From an uncultured Gemmatimonadales bacterium (GTDB taxonomy: Bacteria; Gemmatimonadota; Gemmatimonadetes; Gemmatimonadales; GWC2-71-9): 64,000 bases of DNA. Below are positions 49,924 to 59,938 of this stretch, piece by piece. The translations under genes and the position numbers were made by a program. The notes under the pieces were generated by a model. The model did not search any database. It was not told the DNA's origin and saw only the letters and a program-made list of their open reading frames with translations. The first letter of the stretch is position 1. Each line of letters opens with the position of its first letter. Where the stretch lies: positions 30,949 to 94,948 of the forward strand of contig CAVVHO010000009.1 of NCBI GenBank assembly GCA_963748035.1. The letters are read 5' to 3'.

Positions 49924-50492
49924 GTGCACTCCACGGTGGCTCGAGGGGCCGGGCAGCCAGCAACCCGGATGTACGCCATCTGGCCGACTCCCTGAGAAGC
50001 TAAGGAATCGGCTGCGCGGCCAGCAACGCGACCCGGCCCGAGCCAAGCAATTCTCCATCGTTTGAAACAGAGGCCTCGGAGACGGGTCCTATGCTGCGCC
50101 TGGCTCGTGTTGCAAGAGAGTGAGCCAAGTCACCTTTCCAGTTGTGTCCCGCCGTCCGTACCGATCTACGTCCGGCTGTAGGGGCAAGAAGCACGCCCCC
50201 GGGGGCAGTTCACGGATGTCAAGGCTCGGTCGAGACTTGGAGTGTTGTCGCGGGATCCCCGCCACAGGGCGGAACCTCGCAAACCGCCGCGAAGCGCTTG
50301 TCCCGCTTCAACTTGGGTCAAAATGACCCGCCCGCCGCACGCCGCCCTGCTTGAACAGTATGACACCGGTCACGATCTCACAAGCGATTACCCGGCAAGG
50401 AGTTGGCAGCCGAACCGCTTGCTCGGGAGCGACCGGCCTTCTAGCTTTGTCCCCTCTCGTGAGCTGACCCCCCGATACCCCTTCGACGCGCG

Positions 50493-51824
50493 ATGGCCGA
50501 CACCACTCTCATGGACAAGCTCGTGTCGCTCTGCAAGCGGCGCGGATTCGTCTTTCAGTCTTCGGAGATCTACGGCGGACTCGGATCCATTTGGGACTAC
50601 GGACCGCTCGGCGTGGAACTCAAGAAGAACGTCAAGGACCGCTGGTGGCGGGCCATGGTCCACGCGCGGGACGACATCGAGGGCCTCGATGCGGCCATCC
50701 TGATGCATCCCAAGGTCTGGGAAGCGTCGGGCCACGTCGCCGGCTTCACCGATCCGCTCATCGATTGCAAGCAGTGCAAGCAGCGTTTCCGGGCCGATGA
50801 CAAGCGGATCAAGGGGACGCCGGGGCAGCCGGACTCCCAGTGCCCGGTCTGCGGCACCAAGGGGAGCCTCACCGAGCCGCGGCTGTTCAACCTCATGTTC
50901 AAGACCTTCATGGGGCCGGTGGAGGAACAGGCTGCGGTGGTCTACCTGCGTCCGGAGACGGCGCAGGGGATCTACGTGAATTACCAGAACGTCCTCAACG
51001 CGTCCCGCCAGCGGGTGCCATTCGGGATCGCGCAGATCGGGAAAGCGTTCCGCAACGAGATCACGCCGGGAAACTTCATTTTCAGGACCCGGGAGTTCGA
51101 GCAGATGGAGATGCAGTTCTTCGTCAAGCCGGGCACCGACGAGGAGTGGTTCGAGCGCTGGCGCGAGTGGCGCTTGGAGTGGCACCATAACATCGGGCTC
51201 GCTCCGGCCCGGCTCCGCTGGCATCAACACGGGCCGGGCGAGCTGGCCCACTATGCCAAGGCTGCGTTCGACATCGAGTACGAATTCCCCTTCGGCTGGA
51301 ACGAGATCGAAGGCATTCACAATCGCAGTGACTACGACCTCGGCCGCCACCAGGAGTCTTCGGGGAAGAAGCTCGAGTACTTCGACCAGGCCGCCAACGA
51401 GCACTATCTCCCCTTCATTGTGGAGACTTCCGCGGGCGCCGACCGCGTGACGCTCACCCTTCTGGTGGATGCCTATCGTGAGGAAGAGGTCGAGGGGGAG
51501 AAGCGAGTCGTTTTGGGGTTCCATCCCAGCGTGGCGCCCATCAAGGCGGCAGTATTCCCCTTGGTGAAGAAGGACGGGATGCCAGAGCTTGCGGATCGCA
51601 TTTTCCACGATTTGAAGAAGCAGTTTCCCTCATTCTACGACGACAGCGGGGCCATCGGGCGTCGCTATCGCCGGATGGACGAAGCGGGGACCCCGTTCTG
51701 CTGCACCATCGATGGGCAGACCCTCCAGGATGGCACCGTTACGATCCGGGAACGGGATGCAATGACCCAGGTGCGCGTGCATCAGGATCAACTCGGGGGT
51801 TGGATTCAAGAGCGTTTGAGATAG
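50493..51824 (+). CDS. glyQS: Glycine--tRNA ligase, homodimeric type
   Basis: [45 protein letters not shown]. Confidence 0.98.
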   Translation: MADTTLMDKLVSLCKRRGFVFQSSEIYGGLGSIWDYGPLGVELKKNVKDRWWRAMVHARDDIEGLDAAILMHPKVWEASGHVAGFTDPLIDCKQCKQRFRADDKRIKGTPGQPDSQCPVCGTKGSLTEPRLFNLMFKTFMGPVEEQAAVVYLRPETAQGIYVNYQNVLNASRQRVPFGIAQIGKAFRNEITPGNFIFRTREFEQMEMQFFVKPGTDEEWFERWREWRLEWHHNIGLAPARLRWHQHGPGELAHYAKAAFDIEYEFPFGWNEIEGIHNRSDYDLGRHQESSGKKLEYFDQAANEHYLPFIVETSAGADRVTLTLLVDAYREEEVEGEKRVVLGFHPSVAPIKAAVFPLVKKDGMPELADRIFHDLKKQFPSFYDDSGAIGRRYRRMDEAGTPFCCTIDGQTLQDGTVTIRERDAMTQVRVHQDQLGGWIQERLR

Positions 51825-51829
51825 GGCGG

Positions 51830-51863
51830 GGTACTTAGTACTGAGTACTAAGTACCGAGTACC
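51830..51863. repeat. Heptamer-repeat hairpin E12, GTACT-type units
   Basis: GGTACTTAGTACT-G-AGTACTAAGTACC perfect palindrome plus a trailing GAGTACC. Confidence 0.85.
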
Positions 51864-51990
51864 ATTCCCTCAGTTGGCGCTGGACCGTTCGCCGTATCCC
51901 CGGTCACCTTCGCCGAGCCGCCGCACCGAAACTTTCGCAGGGCATCAGCGTATCACCGGCAGCCCCATTCCTTTCTTCAGGAGTCCTCTG

Positions 51991-54012
51991 ATGCGCATGA
52001 CAGTCGTGGCCGGCGCCGCGTTGCTGGCGGCCTTGCCTCTGGCCGCGCAGCAGCCAGCTCAACTCGATACCACCGCTCTCACTACTGCCCAGCGCGCGGC
52101 TCTTCGGGTCGTGCGGGTCCAGTTCACGCCCGACGAAATCAGGATCACCGTCGGCGACACCGTGCAACTCACCGCCCTGGCGATTGACGCCGAAGGCAAG
52201 CCGGTGACGGGTGCGCGGGTGCTGTTTAACATCGCGGGAAAGCAGGGGGTGCTGGTCGGCGCCGACAAGCTTGCCGGCACCAAGCCAGGGGAGAGCGACA
52301 TTCGCGCCTTTGTCGTGAAGCCAGCTCTGCCGGGGACCCGTCCCATCCTGATCGCCGACACCGCCAGCCTCATCGTGAACGATCTACCGGTCACGAAGGT
52401 GGAGATCTCCCCACCCCAGGGCTCACTCTATGCCGGGACGACGTTGAGTTATGGTGCCCGCGCGGTGGTAAGGGACGGGCGAGAGAGTGAGGACGCGGAA
52501 CTGGTCTGGTCGACCAACCGGCCGCGGGTCGCGACGGTGGATCGGTTTGGCAACGTGACTGGCGTCGGGGTTGGCACTGCGGTCCTGAGCGTCAAGTCCG
52601 GTGCCGTCACCACGACTCGGACGCTCACGGTGGTGGCGAATCCGCTCGCCCAGCTCAGGATCACGAGCGGGACGGAGAAGACTCGTACCGGCGACGTGGT
52701 GCGCTTCAAGGTGGATGCGCTCAACGCTGCCGGGCGTCCTGTCGCTGGGGTTGTGCCAACCTGGACGGTGACCGGCATTCAGACCGGGGACGATCTCGGG
52801 GCAAGGATCTGGGCGGATGGGGTGTTTGTGGCGGAGCGACCGGGGCTCTACACCATCGTCGCGACCGTCGGGCAGCGCTCTGCGCGCACGACCATCAAGG
52901 CCGAGCCACGAGCCGTGGGCCGGCCCGTCAAGCTGGTAGGTCGTGGGTTGCAGACCGATCACTCGACGTCAGAGTTGCACGTGTGGACCGGGAAGGACGG
53001 TCGGGACTACGCCTATGTCGGGACGCATGCCGCCGGCGTGCGCCCGAACGTGACCGGCAATGTGGTCCTGGTTTATGACGTCACCGATCCGGCGAAACCC
53101 GCCTTGACCGATTCGATCATGGTCAACGCCCGGGTGATCAACGACGTGCTGGTGAACGATGCCGGCACGATCGGGGTCCTGACCCGCGAAGGTGCCGCCG
53201 ATCGGAAGAACGGACTCGTCGTGCTGGACGTATCCGACGCGGCGCATCCGAAAATCCTGTCCGAGTTCACCGACAGCCTGACTTCCGGCATACACAATAC
53301 CTGGTTCTACCAGAACGTGGTCTATGTGACCAACGACGGGACCGGCGCGATCAATATCATCGACATCAGCGACCCCAAGGCACCCAAGATGGCCGGTCGC
53401 TGGGAAACCGGCGACCCGAACAACCGCTACGTGCACGATGTGTGGGTGCACGACGGGATCATGTACCTCTCCTACTGGGATGATGGGGTGCAGATCCTGG
53501 ACGTTGGGGGGCTCAATCGCGGCGGAACAGCGGAGAAGCCGGCATTCGTCTCCAAGTTCGCCTACCCGATCGGCAATACGCACAACGTCTGGCGGGACCG
53601 CCAATATCTGTTCGTAGGCGATGAGATATTCGGGTGCCCGCAGTGCATCAACGGACCCCGCGGCTACGTCCACGTGGTTGACCTCACGGATATCGATCAC
53701 CCGCTCGAGGTGGGCAAGTACGAGGTGCCGGAGGCGGGGGCCCACAACATGTGGGCCGAGGATGGGAAGCTGTACATCGCCTACTACAATGGCGGGCTTC
53801 GAGTAGTCGACATCACTGGCGAGCTCCGCGGTGATCTGTACCGGCAGGGGCGGCAGATTGGCTACTTCCATACCGCCAATGACAAGGGCTACATACCCAA
53901 CGCCGCGATGGCCTGGGGGCCACAGCCCTTCAAGGGGAACATCTACGTGTCCGACATGAACAGCGGCCTATGGGTTGTGAAGCTGGACGAGAAGGGACCG
54001 TTGATTCCGTAG
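51991..54012 (+). CDS. Secreted Ig-like domain plus LVIVD-repeat beta-propeller protein
   Basis: Signal peptide, Big_2-like WSTNRPRVATVD, repeated GLVVLDVSD/INIIDISDP/GVQILDV/GLRVVDI blades. Confidence 0.85.
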   Translation: MRMTVVAGAALLAALPLAAQQPAQLDTTALTTAQRAALRVVRVQFTPDEIRITVGDTVQLTALAIDAEGKPVTGARVLFNIAGKQGVLVGADKLAGTKPGESDIRAFVVKPALPGTRPILIADTASLIVNDLPVTKVEISPPQGSLYAGTTLSYGARAVVRDGRESEDAELVWSTNRPRVATVDRFGNVTGVGVGTAVLSVKSGAVTTTRTLTVVANPLAQLRITSGTEKTRTGDVVRFKVDALNAAGRPVAGVVPTWTVTGIQTGDDLGARIWADGVFVAERPGLYTIVATVGQRSARTTIKAEPRAVGRPVKLVGRGLQTDHSTSELHVWTGKDGRDYAYVGTHAAGVRPNVTGNVVLVYDVTDPAKPALTDSIMVNARVINDVLVNDAGTIGVLTREGAADRKNGLVVLDVSDAAHPKILSEFTDSLTSGIHNTWFYQNVVYVTNDGTGAINIIDISDPKAPKMAGRWETGDPNNRYVHDVWVHDGIMYLSYWDDGVQILDVGGLNRGGTAEKPAFVSKFAYPIGNTHNVWRDRQYLFVGDEIFGCPQCINGPRGYVHVVDLTDIDHPLEVGKYEVPEAGAHNMWAEDGKLYIAYYNGGLRVVDITGELRGDLYRQGRQIGYFHTANDKGYIPNAAMAWGPQPFKGNIYVSDMNSGLWVVKLDEKGPLIP

Positions 54013-54017
54013 TTGTA

Positions 54018-54072
54018 GCCGTCCGCCATCAGCCGTCAGCCATTCGACTCTGACGGCTGACGGCTGATGGCC
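54018..54072. repeat. Heptamer-repeat hairpin E13, (GCCRTCA)n...(TGAYGGC)3
   Basis: GCCGTCC GCCATCA GCCGTCA GCC then TGACGGC TGACGGC TGATGGC. Confidence 0.92.
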
Positions 54073-54085
54073 TTTCCGAGGACCT

Positions 54086-55211
54086 ATGCTGTCCACATTG
54101 GCGCTGGGGTTGCTCTTTCAGTCAGCGGCCGCGACGCCGCCTCGCATCATCGTCTACGTCGCGTCCGAAGCAGTGGACGTCGTAAGCCGGGTCCGGTTCG
54201 GTCCCGAGGGTGCGGTTGTCGAGAAGGTCATCAAGGTCGATCCCCGGCCCTCCGAGGCAGACGGTCCGCACAACCTCAACATCTCCCCCGACGGGAAGTA
54301 CTGGTACACCAGTGTCGCGCATGGTACCCCGAACGGGAGCCTGTGGAAGTTCGACACCGCCAACGATTCGCTGGTAGGCAAGGCCATGCTCTCGCGGTTC
54401 CCGGCGACGATCAGTTTTTCGCCGGACGGGGAGTTCGCCTGGGTGGCGAACTTCAATCTCTTCGGTGACATGGTTCCTTCATCGGTCTCGGTTGTCTACA
54501 CGCCTGCCATGGAAGAAGTCGCGCGGATCCCCACCTGCCTAATGCCGCACGGAATGCGAGTGGCCAGAGACGGGAGTCGGGCATGGATGACCTGCATGAT
54601 GGACGACAAACTGGTCGAGATGGATCCAGGCAACTACGGCATCACTCGGGTCCTCTCCGTCAAGACCGGGGAGCGAGCACGTGACGAATACATCGAGTGC
54701 CATGATGCCAGGGGAGAGGGACCACGCGCACGGTACCATGTCCCACGATGCTCCCGGGTCCGGGACCAGCGCCAGCTGTGCGCCCACGTGGGTGCAGCCG
54801 TCGGCGGATGGCCGACGGCTCTATGTCGCCTGTAACCGTCACAGCGAAGTGCTGGAAGTGGACGCGGGGACGCTCGAGATCGCGCGCAGGATCCCAACAG
54901 GAAAGACGCCCTACAATCTGGCTATCAGTGACGATGGAAGGGTGTTGCTCGCCACCCTCAAAGGGGCGCAGGCGCTCTCGGTCATGGATCTGACGACCGG
55001 GAAGGAGGTCGCGCAGCTCAAGACTTCTCACACTGTACCCAGCGGTGTCCAGGTGACGCGGGACGGTCGCTACGCCGTGGTGACCTGCGAGGGCAAGGGT
55101 GCGGAGGCGGGCGCGGTGGACCTGTTTGACCTGCGTACCGGAACGCTGCTTTTGACGGCCGCGGTTGGCGCTGGCGCCGGGGGGCTACAAATCCTCAGTT
55201 ACGAGTCGTGA
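54086..55211 (+). CDS. YncE-like secreted beta-propeller with His/Met-rich loop; +1 frameshift near 54670
   Basis: GPHNLNISPDG, CLMPHG, then in the +1 frame HAHGTMSHD..CAPTW..YVACN; ORFs 54086-54835 and 54681-55211 are halves of one gene. Confidence 0.8.
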
Positions 55212-55247
55212 CCAGGCGGAGTCGGGCAAAGGAGCCATTGAGTTAGG

Positions 55248-55949
55248 GTGCGTTTCGCGGACTTCGAGGCACTGGTCCGGCGGATCGAGGCCGAGGTCCC
55301 CGCGGAATTCCTGGTGGGAATCCAGGGCGTCGAGGTATCGCGGCAGACCGTGCCGCACCCGACCCGGCCTGAGGTCTACACACTCGGCGAGTGCATCCCC
55401 CTGCCATCGGAGGGTGAAGGCAGTGAGACAGGGCTCCAGAGTCGCGTCGTGCTCTACCACGGCTCCTTCGTGGCGCTGGCCCATCAGGCAGACGACTTCG
55501 ACTGGCGCAACGAGGCTTGGGAGACCCTGACCCACGAACTGCGCCACCATCTGGAATGGCGGGCGCGGGCACCGGATCTCGAGGCGTTCGACTGGGCCGC
55601 GGAGCAGAACTTCGCCCGCGCGGACGGGGAGCCGTTCGACCCTGACTTTCATCTGGCGGCCGAGCTGGTCACTGACGGCGTGTTCCGGATCGACGATGAC
55701 TATTTCCTCGACCGCGAAGTGCCCCGGTTGCCGGAGGAGACCTTGGTAAATTGGCATGGAAGAGCCTACCTGATCACACTGCCCGCAGTCGCGACGCTTC
55801 CCGGCTTTTTCAAGGTGACCGGAATCGCCGATCCACCGCCTGGAGATCTGTTCCTGGTGCTGCGTGAACGAAGCCGCCTCAGGGATCTGTTCCACCCAGC
55901 GCCGGAACCCTTTCAGGCGACCGTAGAGGCCCGTCCCGTCCCGGGCTGA
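55248..55949 (+). CDS. Zincin-like metallopeptidase family protein
   Basis: VYTLGEC, VVLYHGSF, TLTHELRHH (HExxH). Confidence 0.7.
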   Translation: MRFADFEALVRRIEAEVPAEFLVGIQGVEVSRQTVPHPTRPEVYTLGECIPLPSEGEGSETGLQSRVVLYHGSFVALAHQADDFDWRNEAWETLTHELRHHLEWRARAPDLEAFDWAAEQNFARADGEPFDPDFHLAAELVTDGVFRIDDDYFLDREVPRLPEETLVNWHGRAYLITLPAVATLPGFFKVTGIADPPPGDLFLVLRERSRLRDLFHPAPEPFQATVEARPVPG

Positions 55950-56004
55950 AGTCCGCTATCTTCCCGCAGGCGGAGCCATCCCGCCGCAACGAGGAAACCT
56001 GCCC

Positions 56005-57149
56005 ATGAACACGAAACGGATGCTGCTGGTCGCGGCCCTGCTCTGTCCCGGAGTGCTGGTTGCCCAGGCGACCGACCCCGGATATCGGGTCGGGATCGTG
56101 AGCGAGTCGGGCGATATCGTCACCTGGATCAAGCCCGGTGACGGCACCCTGACACAGCAAAAGGTCATTCCCGTTGGCATCATGCCCGCTGATATCGACG
56201 GCCCGCATAATCTCGCGGTCTCTCCGGACAACCGTTTCTACTACATGTCGATTGCCCACGGCACCCCATTCGGGATGCTGTGGAAGATGGACGCCACGAG
56301 CGACACGCTTGTGGGCCGGGCGCCGCTCGAGATGTTCCCGACCACAATCGGCCTCACTCCTGATGGCGAATTGGCCTTCGTTGCCAACTCCGATTTCCAC
56401 GGGGACCATCCGCGGACCAACTTCGTCTCGGTGGTGCATACGCCCTTCGATGACAACGATCACGCACCTGCCGGCCTGCGACATGCCGCACGGAGTGAAA
56501 TCGAATCATGCTGGCACCCGTGTGTACGTGTCGTGCATGAACAGTGACGAACTCCTGGAGATCGAAGTCGCGACACTGCGAATCACTCGCCGCGTCAAGA
56601 CCGGCGATCGGCCATGACATGAACGCGATGGCCGGGATGGACCATGGCGGGATGAATCACGCTCCGGCGGCGGCACCCCCGGCCACGGCTCCGGCGCCGG
56701 CGGCAGACGAGAGTTGTGCCCCGACATTCGTCTCGGTGTCACCCGACGACAAGACGCTTTACGCCGCCTGCAACCACGGCAACTCGCTCCAGGTCTACGA
56801 CGCCGAGACCTTCCAGAAGACGAAGGAAGTGCCGCTCGGGGCCGGGGCTTACAACGTGGAGCCCTCGGCGGACGGGCGCTGGATCATCGTGACCAACAAG
56901 AAGGCGCAGAGCTTCAGTCTCGTCGACGCGCATACGCTCACCGAAGTGGTTCGGGTGCCGACGACCAAGAAGATCGTTCACGGTGTCGCCTTTTCCCCGG
57001 ACGGGCGCTACGCGTTCATCAGCCAGGAATCCATCGGAGCGGATCCCGGGGCCGTAGACATGTTTGATCTGGCCACGCGCAAGGTGGTCGCCACGCTTCC
57101 GGTACCGGCGCAGCCAACCGGCATTGCAATCCTGAAGTTGAGCCATTAA
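56005..57149 (+). CDS. Second YncE-like beta-propeller with His/Met-rich loop; +1 frameshifts near 56446 and 56605
   Basis: Three overlapping ORFs (56005, 56174, 56544 frames) join into a full paralogue of the 54086 gene: GPHN, CDMPHG, HDMNAMAGMDHGGMNH, CAPTF, AACN. Confidence 0.8.
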
Positions 57150-57167
57150 CCGTCGCCGCATCAGACC

Positions 57168-57437
57168 ATGACCCTTGAGACATTGACCTCGCTTCCGGGT
57201 ACGGCGGTCCTCGATCGCGCGAAGAGCTTCTTTCAGGATCGGGTGCCCGCGAACGCGGCCTTTCCCGAGAAGGAGGGCCCGACCTGGCTGACGCTTCGGG
57301 GTCAGGGAGGCGAAGAGATTGCCCTGTCGGTGACGCCGGCAGACGGTGGAACGCGGGTGCGGGCCTCGACCCTGTTTTTCGATCAGGCCGTCGGCCGGTT
57401 TTTCTCGTCGCTTCCCGTCATCGAGGAAGTCGCATGA
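57168..57437 (+). CDS. Hypothetical protein, 89 aa
   Basis: Protein-like composition, ATGA overlap with next gene. Confidence 0.75.
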   Translation: MTLETLTSLPGTAVLDRAKSFFQDRVPANAAFPEKEGPTWLTLRGQGGEEIALSVTPADGGTRVRASTLFFDQAVGRFFSSLPVIEEVA

Positions 57438-57691
57438 CAGGGCTTCCTGTCCGCGTCATGGTTGAAGACTCGTGGGATCAAGTCGTGCTCGATCTTCAAC
57501 CCAGCACGACTATCGGCGATGTCAAGCAGCAGGCCCTTGCTCTGACGCACACCGGTCGCGATGCGAGCGCATACCGCGTCAAGTTTCGCGGGGCGGAGAT
57601 TCAGGACGAGACCCAGAGCCTCGCAAACGTCGGGATCGTTCCCAACGCCGCGCTGATCGTGATGCCACGGCGACGCCGGCCGGTTCGCTGA
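57434..57691 (+). CDS. Ubiquitin-like (beta-grasp, YukD/EsaB-like) protein
   Basis: LDLQPSTTIGDVKQ..YRVKFRGAEIQDETQSLANVGIVPNAALIV follows the ubiquitin pattern; SD GAGG upstream. Confidence 0.7.
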   Translation: MTGLPVRVMVEDSWDQVVLDLQPSTTIGDVKQQALALTHTGRDASAYRVKFRGAEIQDETQSLANVGIVPNAALIVMPRRRRPVR

Positions 57692-57704
57692 ACGGAATCC
57701 CCCC

Positions 57705-57965
57705 ATGGACAAAGCCCCGGTGCGGGGCCGAATGATGACGTGGCTCGCCGTCGGGTTCCTGGTACTCGACGGCGTTCTGCTTCTGCTGGCCGGGCTGTGG
57801 GGAGAGCAGGCGGGTCCGGCCGTTGGCGGCGTCGTCTGCCTGGTGAGCGCGGCTGGCGTCTGGGCCCTGTGGCGGCGCCACCGGCGCACTCTCGCCGACC
57901 TCGCCGAAGCAAGGCGCGCCGTGCGCGACGAGGCGCGCGCGCTCCGCGACCTCCTGAGGAAGTGA
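57705..57965 (+). CDS. Small membrane protein, two TM helices and a basic tail
   Basis: Two hydrophobic stretches; fills the gap in the operon. Confidence 0.7.
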   Translation: MDKAPVRGRMMTWLAVGFLVLDGVLLLLAGLWGEQAGPAVGGVVCLVSAAGVWALWRRHRRTLADLAEARRAVRDEARALRDLLRK

Positions 57966-57970
57966 GCGGA

Positions 57971-58867
57971 ATGCCAGTTCCGGTGTTCACCCATCCCGAT
58001 TGTGTGCACCACGACCCCGGTCTCGGGCACCCGGAGACCCCGGCTCGACTTGTGGCGGTACTCGCGCGGATGATGGGTGACCCTAACGCGGAAGTCCGCG
58101 AGGCTCCCGCCGGTTCGCGCGAGGACCTGCTGTTGGTTCATCCAGTGACCCATCTGCAACAACTTGAGACGATGAGTCACGCAGGTGGCGGCGTCCTTTC
58201 CCTGGATACGGTCGCCTCCGAGTCGAGCTGGGCGGCCGTGCTCGGCGCGACCGGGGCGATCCACGCCGCGCTGGACTACGCGCACCGAAGCGGCGGGCAT
58301 GCCTTTGCGGCGGTTCGTCCGCCGGGGCACCACGCCTTGGCGCAGCGCGCGATGGGGTTCTGTCTGGTCAATAACGTGGTCGTGGCCGCCAGACGGGCGC
58401 AGCGCATGGGCCGCGAGCGGGTGCTGATCATCGATTGGGATGTGCACCACGGGAATGGTACTCAGGCGCTGATGGAGGACGATCCGAGCCTTCGGTATGT
58501 CTCGCTGCACCAACACCCATGGTATCCCGGTACCGGGATGGCTGAAGAACGCGGGGTGGGGAACGTGTTCAATGTGCCGAGAGGCCCGGGCGCGCCGGCA
58601 TCTCTCTACGTCGAGGACCTTTGGGCAGCGGTCGCCGCGGCCACGGAGGCGTGGGTCCCTTCGCTGGTGCTCCTTTCTGCCGGATACGATGCGCTCAAGG
58701 GAGACCCGCTGGGCGGCTTCACCCTCGAACCATGGGACTTTGCCACGATTACAAAGCGGCTCAGGGAGCGCCTGCCGGCGGTGCCCATCATGGCCCTGCT
58801 CGAAGGGGGATACATCCCGGAGCGCGTGGCAGATGGCGTAGCCGCCACGGTAGGCGCGCTCGCATAG
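57971..58867 (+). CDS. Zinc-dependent histone deacetylase family protein
   Basis: HPETPARL, RPPGHHA, GFC, DWDVHHGNGTQ, SAGYD, LEGGY. Confidence 0.95.
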   Translation: MPVPVFTHPDCVHHDPGLGHPETPARLVAVLARMMGDPNAEVREAPAGSREDLLLVHPVTHLQQLETMSHAGGGVLSLDTVASESSWAAVLGATGAIHAALDYAHRSGGHAFAAVRPPGHHALAQRAMGFCLVNNVVVAARRAQRMGRERVLIIDWDVHHGNGTQALMEDDPSLRYVSLHQHPWYPGTGMAEERGVGNVFNVPRGPGAPASLYVEDLWAAVAAATEAWVPSLVLLSAGYDALKGDPLGGFTLEPWDFATITKRLRERLPAVPIMALLEGGYIPERVADGVAATVGALA

Positions 58868-58912
58868 TTATTTTTCGCACCCATCGATCCAAGCCCAAGT
58901 GGAGTCTTGAAA

Positions 58913-59938
58913 ATGGCCAACGCGATTCGCATGGAGGTCGAGGTCCTGAACCTCCGGACTCGGCATCCATTTATCATCGCCCGCGGTGGTCAGAGCGACT
59001 ACCGCACCATCTGGGTGCGGCTGGTGGACAGCGATGGCGTTGAGGGATGGGGCGAGGCCGCGCCGGCCAGAATCTACGGCGAGTCGACCGAGACAGTCCT
59101 CGCGGCTCTGCAGATCTACGGAGCGCACCTTCCCTCAGATCCACTGCAACTCGAGGAAACCGAGCGCGGGTGGGAGAAACTCCTGCGACTCAATCCCTCG
59201 GCTCGCTGCGCTCTCTCCGCGGCGCTGCACGATCTGGCGGGCAAAAAGGTGGGCCTGCCCGTGTTTCGAATGTGGGGGCTCGATCCAGCGCGCGCACCGC
59301 GCTCGACCTTTACGATCGGAATCGATACCGCAGACAGGATTCGCCAGAAGGTCAAGGAGGCCGAACAGTATCCGATTCTCAAGATCAAGCTCGGAAGCGA
59401 TCGCGACATCGAGATCCTCAAGACGATCCGCGAGAGTACCAGCAAGGAAATCCGGGTTGACGCCAATACCGGATGGACCGTGAAGCACGCGATCGCTATG
59501 CTGCCCGTCCTGGAGGAGTACGGAGTGACCGTGCTGGAACAGCCACTGCCGGCGGAGGACCTCGACGGCCTCGAGACCGTAACCCGCGCCTCCCGCATTC
59601 CCGTGATTGCCGACGAGAGCTGTCTCGATGCGGCCGACATTCCCCGTCTGGTGGGCCGGGTGGACGGCATCAACATCAAACTCGCCAAGTGCGGCAGCCT
59701 TCGGGAAGCGCTGCGCATGATCGCCATTGCCCGAGCCCACCACATGATGGTGATGGTCGGGTGCATGATCGAAAGCTCCATTGCGATCACGGCAGCGGCC
59801 CACTTTTCGCCGCTGGTGGACATCGTGGATCTGGATGGGGCAGCCTTGCTGGCGAACGATCCCTTTGCCGGGGCCACCATCGATGCCGGCCAGCTGCGTC
59901 TGCCGACCGGTCCGGGGCTGGGCCTGAGCCGGCGATGA
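58913..59938 (+). CDS. Dipeptide epimerase (L-Ala-D/L-Glu epimerase, enolase superfamily)
   Basis: GWGEA, LKIKLG, VDAN, EQP, ADES, NIKLAKCG, DLDG. Confidence 0.92.
   Translation: MANAIRMEVEVLNLRTRHPFIIARGGQSDYRTIWVRLVDSDGVEGWGEAAPARIYGESTETVLAALQIYGAHLPSDPLQLEETERGWEKLLRLNPSARCALSAALHDLAGKKVGLPVFRMWGLDPARAPRSTFTIGIDTADRIRQKVKEAEQYPILKIKLGSDRDIEILKTIRESTSKEIRVDANTGWTVKHAIAMLPVLEEYGVTVLEQPLPAEDLDGLETVTRASRIPVIADESCLDAADIPRLVGRVDGINIKLAKCGSLREALRMIAIARAHHMMVMVGCMIESSIAITAAAHFSPLVDIVDLDGAALLANDPFAGATIDAGQLRLPTGPGLGLSRR

Noticed and set aside
49924-50100. c-di-GMP riboswitch upstream of the pilin genes
   Set aside because: I could not find the class I or class II core motifs by eye.
50101-50128. 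Sigma54 promoter for the pilin cluster
   Set aside because: GG-to-GC spacing is 8 on the plus strand and 11 on the minus strand, not the required 10.
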